This document shows positions 37,102-43,756 of a stretch of 64,000 bases of DNA, in pieces. Position 1 is the stretch's first letter. Each line of letters opens with the position of its first letter. A program made the translations under genes and the position numbers. Source of the stretch: Deltaproteobacteria bacterium (GTDB taxonomy: Bacteria; JAMCPX01); NCBI GenBank assembly GCA_023382265.1, contig JAMCPX010000015.1, positions 748 to 64,747 on the forward strand. Direction: 5' to 3'. Below the pieces are notes generated by a model. That model had not been told where the DNA came from. It saw only the letters and a program-made list of their open reading frames with translations, and did no database searches.

Positions 37102-37648
37102 TCTGCATCTCCAATTCCGATAATTTTTTATTCAGTTGAAACTGATGGTTGGCACAGAATTTATCCGTTTTTTGATCAACGTCTGCTACCTTGTTTGACA
37201 GGTGCATAACGCAGTGCTCAAGTTCGCAATGTGTGAATCCAAAGGTATGCCCCAATTCATGAAGTGTTTCTTTTGTCAGTCTTTCAATTAACAGGTTCCT
37301 ATCATATTTTAAGCCGTAAAATTCCTGTCTTAGTCTTGCTGTTGAAACTATTGCGGCTCTACCATCTAACTGAGCTTCGCCAAAAACATAGGTAAGGATT
37401 GGTATAAACAGATCAACATCTGTAATACCTACGGTTCTGAATGCCGATGAATTGTGATTTGTGACGATATACTTTAATATCTTTGTAGAATGATACTGCA
37501 TTCTCATAGGATCAAATGCATAGGTTGGTCCTTCTATATGTGGAAGGATCTTTAACCGTATGTTTAATATTTTTTCCACCATCTCTGCTGTTACCTCTAC
37601 TATACTTTTATCAAGATCTCCTATTGGCTGGACATAAATGTAACCCAT
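37091..37648 (-). CDS. amzA: Archaemetzincin-like zinc metalloprotease (peptidase M54)
   Basis: 185 aa. HELGHTFGFTHCELEHCVM...C motif. Overlaps the regulator gene by 11 nt. Confidence 0.8.
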   Translation of the reverse strand: MGYIYVQPIGDLDKSIVEVTAEMVEKILNIRLKILPHIEGPTYAFDPMRMQYHSTKILKYIVTNHNSSAFRTVGITDVDLFIPILTYVFGEAQLDGRAAIVSTARLRQEFYGLKYDRNLLIERLTKETLHELGHTFGFTHCELEHCVMHLSNKVADVDQKTDKFCANHQFQLNKKLSELEMQNES

Positions 37649-37660
37649 TTAACCATTATA

Positions 37661-39256
37661 TCATATAGCCTTTTTAATGGGTAGGGTGATCTTTACCGTT
37701 GTTCCTTCTCCGATTTTACTCTCTATATCTACATTACCTTCGTGTTTTGAAATGATTCCATAAACAACTGCCAATCCCAGACCGGTACCTTTTTCTTTTG
37801 TCGAGAAGAATGGTTCAAATATCTTTTTTAGGTTTTCTTCCGAAATCCCTATGCCGCTATCCTTAATAGTTATAAAGATGTTTTTATCGTTATTATCCGT
37901 TTCAATATATAACTCTTTTTTGTTGTCTTTCATTGCTTCGCAGCCGTTGATCAATACATTCATAAATGCCTGCTTGAGTTGATCTGGATCAGCCATTGTT
38001 AGAGGCATCGCTGAAAAAGATTTATTTATAGTTATAGCCTGAATGGTAATCATATTATTGATAAGCGCGATCGTTTCATCAAGTAATAAATTAACATCAA
38101 CAAGCCTGTAATGCGGCTCCCTCTGCCTTGAGAAATCAAGCAGGTTTTTTACAATACTTGATGTTCTCTGCGTTTCTTTTTCCATAACAGAGAGATAGTT
38201 TATGGATTTTTCAAAATCTTCCGGAGATAAATTCCCCTGTTTAAACTTTTTAAGCAGAACCTTAATATAGGTAAGAACACCTGTTAACGGGTTATTTATC
38301 TCATGTGCCACTGTTGCAGCGAGCTTTCCAAGCGAGGCAAGCTTTTCGGCCCTTACAATCTGCTCCTGAGCCTTTTTTAATTCATTAGTTCTTTCGTTTA
38401 CCTTAATCTCAAGCGTTTGAACAAGATTAATTGTTTCTTCTTTTGCCTCTTTTAATTTTAACATCATGTCATTAAATGCGTTGGCAAGCGTGCCAAGTTC
38501 ATCGTATGATTGGATGATAATGGGATGGGTAAGATCACCTTCTGTTATTCTTTTTGTGCCTTCTACAAGATTTTTTACAGGCGTATCTATAAATTTTTCT
38601 ATGAAAAGTGATATAATGATTGATATAATGAATACCGATAAAACCCCTGAAATAATTATTCTTATCTCCATATCATGGATTTCCTGTTCAATAGATGAAA
38701 GTGACATGGTAATATCAAAAACACCGAGTACCTTTTTGTGTGCAGGATGAGCGTGGCATGAGGCAGAAGAACATTCGGGTTCATTGTATATAGGTGTTAT
38801 CATGCCGAGTACCTTATGACCATCAAGACTAAAAACGCGCGTTCTCTTAGGTGTATTAAGTTTCTCAAGCGGTTTTCCAATAGCATGGCATGCGTAGCAG
38901 GCTTCTGCACTCTTATTGACCATGACTCCGGTTTCCCTTTTATCAGTGGAATACATGATTCTGCCTTCTTTGTTGAAAAACCTTACTCTTTCTATACCTT
39001 TTTGCATACCAATGTCTTCAATAATTCTGTAAACATTCTGTCTCTGGTTCTGCAGCATGTCATACTTAGTGCTTTTTACTACTGTATTGCTGAACTGGGT
39101 GGCACCTCTGATCACTTCATCTAATAATTGTTTTTTTTGATCTCTAATATTTAGATATACTACTGTACTGAAAACCGCTATAACGATAAGGCTTATGTAT
39201 AATATCAATTTGAACCCTATATTCCTGTATTTCACATACCACCTTATCCTCTTCAA
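37661..39256 (-). CDS. Sensor histidine kinase with a periplasmic domain carrying CXXCH and CX4CH motifs
   Basis: 531 aa. Two TM helices flank about 160 aa containing CYACH and CSSASCH. Also HAMP, H-box VAHEINNPL, DSGIGI and GTGLGL. Confidence 0.9.
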   Translation of the reverse strand: MKRIRWYVKYRNIGFKLILYISLIVIAVFSTVVYLNIRDQKKQLLDEVIRGATQFSNTVVKSTKYDMLQNQRQNVYRIIEDIGMQKGIERVRFFNKEGRIMYSTDKRETGVMVNKSAEACYACHAIGKPLEKLNTPKRTRVFSLDGHKVLGMITPIYNEPECSSASCHAHPAHKKVLGVFDITMSLSSIEQEIHDMEIRIIISGVLSVFIISIIISLFIEKFIDTPVKNLVEGTKRITEGDLTHPIIIQSYDELGTLANAFNDMMLKLKEAKEETINLVQTLEIKVNERTNELKKAQEQIVRAEKLASLGKLAATVAHEINNPLTGVLTYIKVLLKKFKQGNLSPEDFEKSINYLSVMEKETQRTSSIVKNLLDFSRQREPHYRLVDVNLLLDETIALINNMITIQAITINKSFSAMPLTMADPDQLKQAFMNVLINGCEAMKDNKKELYIETDNNDKNIFITIKDSGIGISEENLKKIFEPFFSTKEKGTGLGLAVVYGIISKHEGNVDIESKIGEGTTVKITLPIKKAI

Positions 39257-39290
39257 TATTATTATAGCAATATCATAATAAATGCTATAG

Positions 39291-39743
39291 TTAATGCATT
39301 ATCTGCATCCAGAATGTCTTAAAATCAAAACCATTAAAAGTGGGGCTCTTTTTATTATGACAGTTTACACACGTGTCAGCAGCATTACGGTTTAAGCCGG
39401 CATTCCATACTTCATTAAAGTTCTTCATTGTATCCATATCCGAATAATCGCTGCCGGGTCCGTGGCATGCTTCGCATTGCACGCCGGGTAAGGACTTTCT
39501 ATCATCTGTTGTATGACACCTAATACAATCAGGGTTATCTTTTTGTTTTGCATTCAGTGCATCATAAGCCGCTGCGTGAGCAGTTTTTTTCCATATTTTG
39601 TATTGTTTTTCATGACAACCGGCACACGAGTCAACGCCAACGTAGGTGTGTTTTTTGATTGACATGGTGCTGTTTTCGGCAAATGCCGTGCCATTTAAGC
39701 CAATACAAATCATCATTACTATAAATAACGATACAGTTTTCAT
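39291..39743 (-). CDS. Periplasmic tetrahaem c-type cytochrome (cytochrome c554-like family)
   Basis: 150 aa. Signal peptide (GTAFA). Haem motifs: CAGCH, CIRCH, CEACH, CVNCH. Confidence 0.85.
   Translation of the reverse strand: MKTVSLFIVMMICIGLNGTAFAENSTMSIKKHTYVGVDSCAGCHEKQYKIWKKTAHAAAYDALNAKQKDNPDCIRCHTTDDRKSLPGVQCEACHGPGSDYSDMDTMKNFNEVWNAGLNRNAADTCVNCHNKKSPTFNGFDFKTFWMQIMH
39678..39693 (-). promoter_or_regulatory. Near-consensus sigma-54 -24/-12 element inside the cytochrome signal-peptide coding region
   Basis: The minus strand reads TGGCACGGCATTTGCC, against the consensus TGGCACG-N4-TTGCW. Confidence 0.35.
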
Positions 39744-39784
39744 AATTATCTCCTTGTACTTTTCATAAATGTAAAAAAGCTTAA

Positions 39785-40933
39785 TCAGCCTCTGACGATC
39801 TCCTCTTCTTCCGCTTCTTCGGTGTGTTTTTCATCAACAAATACCGGGAAGTGTTTTGCCGTAAATGCGAATGCAAGGAATCCTATTGTGACAAGGAAAA
39901 CCGAGATCACAATTTCACCAAATGCGGGGAAATAAGTACCGAGTGCAGGATTTTCTATCCCTGTTATTGCAACATCGAGCCTGTTCATTACAAAGCCCAC
40001 GATAACAAGCAGCGATGCGATGAATAATCCCTTTGTATTTGTTCTAACTGCAGGTATCAGTAACAGGATCACTGGGACGATGATCTGAATCATGGTTTCT
40101 AAATCAAACATTATACTCTTGAAATTTGTGGATAAAACGGCGGATATCGCCCCGCGATTAACGAGATCCAATATTTTCAGGAGAAGGTAAAAAACCATTA
40201 TAAGCACATTCACTCTTGCAAGTCCGTTTAAAAGATCAAGCTCAAGACCCTTTCCAAGAAACCGCCTGCTTAAAAAGGCTTCAAAAGTAATCATGGCAAG
40301 CCCGACAGATACAGCAGATATAAAAAAGAATACAGGCAGTAATGGCGAGTACCATAGTTTGTATAATTTTTCAGGCACAATCAAAAATAGTGAACCAAGT
40401 GAAGATTGATGCAGTGTTGACAGTATCACGCCAAGTATGGCTATTGGTATTATAAATGAATGTATAAGTTTTTCCAGACGATGAAAACCCAATCCCTCAA
40501 ATACAACCGTACTGAACTCAAGAGTAAGCACGCTGAGATAAAGCATGACGCACCATGCAACTTCAAACATCACAGAGTGGTGGTTCCAGAATACAAGCGG
40601 ATGCCATATATCAAACCATTTTCCCAGATCATAAATCAACCCTACGGCTACCAATGAATAGCCAAGAAAGCCTGTGAGTATTGCCGGCATCAGTATGGGT
40701 TTATAATTATCAATTCTGAATATATAAACTGTAAGGGCTATTAAAAAACCGCCGGCAGCCAGACCAACACCTGTAACGACATCAAATCCAACCCACAAAC
40801 CCCATGGGGAGTTATCGCTGAGGTTTGTTACTGCTCCAAGTCCCTTTGTAAATCTGATAATGGTGTAGTATACTCCGAGTAACAATATTACTGCTATCAC
40901 AATTCTCCAAAATGTTATCTTTGGCAATTTCAT
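39785..40933 (-). CDS. NrfD/PsrC/HybB-like polytopic quinone-interacting membrane subunit
   Basis: 382 aa, about 10 predicted TM helices. Context with an NrfC-like ferredoxin. N-terminal pattern as in the NrfD family. Confidence 0.75.
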   Translation of the reverse strand: MKLPKITFWRIVIAVILLLGVYYTIIRFTKGLGAVTNLSDNSPWGLWVGFDVVTGVGLAAGGFLIALTVYIFRIDNYKPILMPAILTGFLGYSLVAVGLIYDLGKWFDIWHPLVFWNHHSVMFEVAWCVMLYLSVLTLEFSTVVFEGLGFHRLEKLIHSFIIPIAILGVILSTLHQSSLGSLFLIVPEKLYKLWYSPLLPVFFFISAVSVGLAMITFEAFLSRRFLGKGLELDLLNGLARVNVLIMVFYLLLKILDLVNRGAISAVLSTNFKSIMFDLETMIQIIVPVILLLIPAVRTNTKGLFIASLLVIVGFVMNRLDVAITGIENPALGTYFPAFGEIVISVFLVTIGFLAFAFTAKHFPVFVDEKHTEEAEEEEIVRG

Positions 40934-40960
40934 AAATACCTCTCAATCCTTTATTTAACA

Positions 40961-41061
40961 TTTTACCCTGTTATAAAGCCCCACCATTTATGGCTGGGAT
41001 AATATGATCAATTTTAAGTCCTTATAGAAAAGGTGTAGTTTAAAGCCGCGTCCTTTCTAAC
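40961..41061 (-). repeat. 101-nt repeat element, copy B (inside the operon, between the 76-aa gene and the NrfD-like gene)
   Basis: Reverse complement of 41038-41061 = GTTAGAAAGGACGCGGCTTTAAAC, 24/24 with 14822-14845. Same orientation as the downstream gene. The TAG stop of the 76-aa ORF lies within the core. Confidence 0.75.
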
Positions 41062-41287
41062 GGGTTTTTTTCTGTTCTGATTCTTTGACCTTTTCTCTCC
41101 TGTTTATTATCCACCATAAGCCGGCAAACATGGCTCCGCCTGTCAAAACCTTCGGTGTTAAAAAGCTGCGTTTTGTAAATCTGTTCGCCAGCACATTTAA
41201 TTGTTCTTGCTTGATATCAACAGGGGCCTGTTTGGAAGCCGTATTTTGGTTTAATAGTTTTAATAAAAGTGTACTCATTGTATTCAT
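41057..41287 (-). CDS. Small single-pass membrane protein, paralogous to the C-terminal anchor of the adjacent ferredoxin
   Basis: 76 aa. KVLTGGAMFAGLWWIINRREKVKESE versus the ferredoxin tail VVLVGGVVLTGIWWITSRRDEVKKFE (13/26 identical). 4-nt overlap with the upstream gene. Confidence 0.5.
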   Translation of the reverse strand: MNTMSTLLLKLLNQNTASKQAPVDIKQEQLNVLANRFTKRSFLTPKVLTGGAMFAGLWWIINRREKVKESEQKKTR

Positions 41288-42066
41288 TGTTTTTCTCCTT
41301 TGCCGGGAAGTTTCTTTTTTTCTTTGTGTGTCAATTCAAACTTTTTAACCTCATCTCTTCTGCTTGTAATCCACCATATACCTGTCAGTACCACTCCGCC
41401 AACAAGTACAACGGTAGGAACTTTATCGAGGGCTGCCCATGTATACATCGGCATGGGCTTGTCTGGGAAGGCAACATTGAAGGGATAGCCGAGCTTTTCA
41501 AATGGGACATTTGAGATATACAAAACGGATGTGCCTCCAACCTCTTCGAGTCCAAAAATATGGTTTACATATTTATCAGGTTCTGCAGTAATTCTTTTTT
41601 TTGCCTCTTTTATCAAATCATCTCTATCTCCGAAAATGCTCGCACCCGTCGGGCAGGCTGCGGTACATGCCGGTTCAGAGCCTTCTTCAATCCTGTCATA
41701 GCACATATAACACTTCTCAATATGAGGAACGACCTTATCCCATTGGTACCTTGGGACATGAAAAGGACATGAAAACATACAATACCTGCAGCCAATGCAT
41801 TTATCCTTGTCATATATAACAGGCCCGGATGATGTTTTCGTAAGAGCGCCGACAGGACATACCGAAACGCATGTCGGCTCTTCACAATGCATACACATCC
41901 TTCTCACATAGGTGTTGGGTAGTCTTTCCTGAACAACAGTATACGCTTCGTATGAGAGCTCTTTGTCTAAAGAAAGGGGCAGGTCATTGCGAAGTTTACA
42001 GGCTTCTTCACATGCCCCGCACCCTATACACTTTGTGATATCAACCAGTATACCCTTTTTACTCAT
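41284..42066 (-). CDS. NrfC/HybA/DmsB-type 4x[4Fe-4S] ferredoxin subunit with a C-terminal TM anchor and no Tat leader
   Basis: 260 aa. CIGCGACEEAC, CMHCEEPTCVSVCP, CIGCRYCMFSCP and CYMC..CTAACP. Starts MSKKGILVD (no RRxF). Confidence 0.88.
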   Translation of the reverse strand: MSKKGILVDITKCIGCGACEEACKLRNDLPLSLDKELSYEAYTVVQERLPNTYVRRMCMHCEEPTCVSVCPVGALTKTSSGPVIYDKDKCIGCRYCMFSCPFHVPRYQWDKVVPHIEKCYMCYDRIEEGSEPACTAACPTGASIFGDRDDLIKEAKKRITAEPDKYVNHIFGLEEVGGTSVLYISNVPFEKLGYPFNVAFPDKPMPMYTWAALDKVPTVVLVGGVVLTGIWWITSRRDEVKKFELTHKEKKKLPGKGEKQ

Positions 42067-42085
42067 ATTTCCCTTCCCTTCTTAT

Positions 42086-42748
42086 CTAATGAGCAAGAAA
42101 CTCCTTCTCAAACTTCTCTATTGCCTTCTCGCCCATCCTGCTCAGCATACCTTCTGTTAGGCATCCGCCGTCCTGGCTTGTTTCACCGATACCATACTGT
42201 AATGCACTCTCGCCAAGTGCAAACTTACGGAATCTGGCTACTTCCAACTTAAACCACGCAACAGCATCCTCTGCAATTTTTAATACTTTAAGGTTTGTAG
42301 AGAGGTTTGTCGGCTTTACCTCTAATATCCATCCTACCCTGTAAGGCTCTGTAAGAATCTGTGCAGGATTGGTAAGCAAATATTCGTTGATAGCCGTAAC
42401 TTCTCCATCAACAGGTGCGGTAAATGACAGTTCTCTTTCACCCTGTTTTACTGTAAATACCTTTTCACCTTGTTTTATCTTTGTCCCAGCTGCAGGTATT
42501 TCAACTTTCTCAATTTCACCAAGAATCTTTCTCGTAAAGTCGTCAATGCCCACACGGACTTCGCCTGTCGACATTATCCTTGCCCATGTATGACCGGGGT
42601 AGAAAAACGTGCTCATTGGCACACGGAAGTCTGCTATCCCAAGCCTTGCGGGTGCTGCTGTCTTTAGCTGTTTCTTTTCAAACGCCTGGACCAGAAGGTC
42701 AAGCATCACGAAACCTATTATTGTTATTGCTACCATTAAAGCAACCAT
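42086..42748 (-). CDS. Membrane-anchored GcvH-fold (glycine-cleavage H-like) protein lacking the lipoyl lysine
   Basis: 220 aa. N-terminal TM helix. HTWARI..VGIDDF...APVDGEV...EPYRVGWILEV aligns gap-free with E. coli GcvH; the lipoyl-Lys position is Glu. Confidence 0.7.
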   Translation of the reverse strand: MVALMVAITIIGFVMLDLLVQAFEKKQLKTAAPARLGIADFRVPMSTFFYPGHTWARIMSTGEVRVGIDDFTRKILGEIEKVEIPAAGTKIKQGEKVFTVKQGERELSFTAPVDGEVTAINEYLLTNPAQILTEPYRVGWILEVKPTNLSTNLKVLKIAEDAVAWFKLEVARFRKFALGESALQYGIGETSQDGGCLTEGMLSRMGEKAIEKFEKEFLAH

Positions 42749-42772
42749 GTTATTCTCCTTTTTTTTAATTTT

Positions 42773-43507
42773 TTACTTGTTAAGCAAAAACACCTTAACA
42801 AGCGTACGCCATTCTTCTTCGCTCTCAACAGTGCTTAAAAACCTGTTAATCTCACCGCCATCGGTCATAGTTATTCCGATTTCCGTACCGATTACACTGC
42901 GTAACCTTTCCGACTCTATAGCCGTCCATTTTGCCGTCATATCTGCATGCATTAACCATCTCATATCATCATTATCTGTCCTTGATGTTATGAGCCAGCC
43001 TTCTGAATAAGGGTCATTACTTATACAACTCACATCTCTTTTTATGCCATTATTTGTTGTAACAATTTCTCCGTTTACCGGGCTAATAATGTCTGCACTT
43101 TTATTCCCGCACCATACCTTTGCAAACGGCTCTCCCATCCTGATAATTTGCCCCGTGTCCGGTAAATCAATATGATTAATTCCATTTAACAGCTTAGATG
43201 CAAAATCATCTATTCCTATTTTAACTATATTTTTATCTTCTAACTTTACCCATGTATGTGCTTGATGGTAATAGTAATTTTTTCTAATTATGAATCCTTT
43301 CACTATTTCAATCTCAGGATTAAACCTTTTAAGATCGCTCGTTTTATTTGCCGCTTCTGAATATACTGCGCATCTTTCATACTCGCCTGCCAGGCATAAA
43401 CTATCGGTTTTGATCTGATCCACCGGTATCATCTTCTTAAATGGTATTGCAGTGCAATACTCTACCAGTATCTTTTTTATGAAAGGGCATTGTCTTTTGT
43501 TTTCCAT
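42773..43507 (-). CDS. GcvH-fold protein with an N-terminal 4-Cys segment, lacking the canonical lipoyl lysine
   Basis: 244 aa from the ATG at 43507 (GAAGGTG SD 6 nt upstream). The listed GTG at 43516 has no spacing to the SD. CPF..YC..C..C N-terminus; HTWVKL..IGIDDF..SPVNGEIV..DPYSEGWLI. Confidence 0.7.
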   Translation of the reverse strand: MENKRQCPFIKKILVEYCTAIPFKKMIPVDQIKTDSLCLAGEYERCAVYSEAANKTSDLKRFNPEIEIVKGFIIRKNYYYHQAHTWVKLEDKNIVKIGIDDFASKLLNGINHIDLPDTGQIIRMGEPFAKVWCGNKSADIISPVNGEIVTTNNGIKRDVSCISNDPYSEGWLITSRTDNDDMRWLMHADMTAKWTAIESERLRSVIGTEIGITMTDGGEINRFLSTVESEEEWRTLVKVFLLNK

Positions 43508-43544
43508 TTTAATCACCTTCTTTCTATTTGCTATCTATGTATAA

Positions 43545-43560
43545 TGCATACATTGTGCCA
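43545..43560 (-). promoter_or_regulatory. Sigma-54 promoter (-24/-12) of the GcvH-like/NrfCD-like operon
   Basis: The minus strand reads TGGCACAATGTATGCA, with GG and GC at the consensus spacing. About 40 nt upstream of the ATG at 43507. An NtrC-type activator is encoded in the same operon. Confidence 0.65.
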
Positions 43561-43615
43561 TAATATGGTTTTTTTGTAACATCTTAGTTTGTAAGCATTA
43601 ATTAATCTATTGCGC

Positions 43616-43695
43616 AGATTGTAGAGAATAATGACCTCTATAACACGATATAAGTGTTGAGATTGTCCACGCTGTGTGGAATTTCTCTACAATCT
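43616..43695. promoter_or_regulatory. Candidate enhancer (UAS) region: 13-bp inverted repeat pair and a TCCAC-N5-GTGGA palindrome
   Basis: AGATTGTAGAGAA (43616-43628) and its exact complement TTCTCTACAATCT (43683-43695). TCCACgctgtGTGGA at 43666-43680. Lies 56-135 nt upstream of the -24 element. Confidence 0.4.
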
Positions 43696-43756
43696 TACAG
43701 CATATTTTTTTTGTTGCTTTTAAAAAAATGCAGGTATTTAATCTTAATATCTTTTT

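Noticed and set aside
43514-43516. GTG start listed for the first GcvH-fold gene.
   Set aside because: The SD (GAAGGTG) includes this GTG itself, leaving no spacer. The ATG at 43507 has proper spacing.
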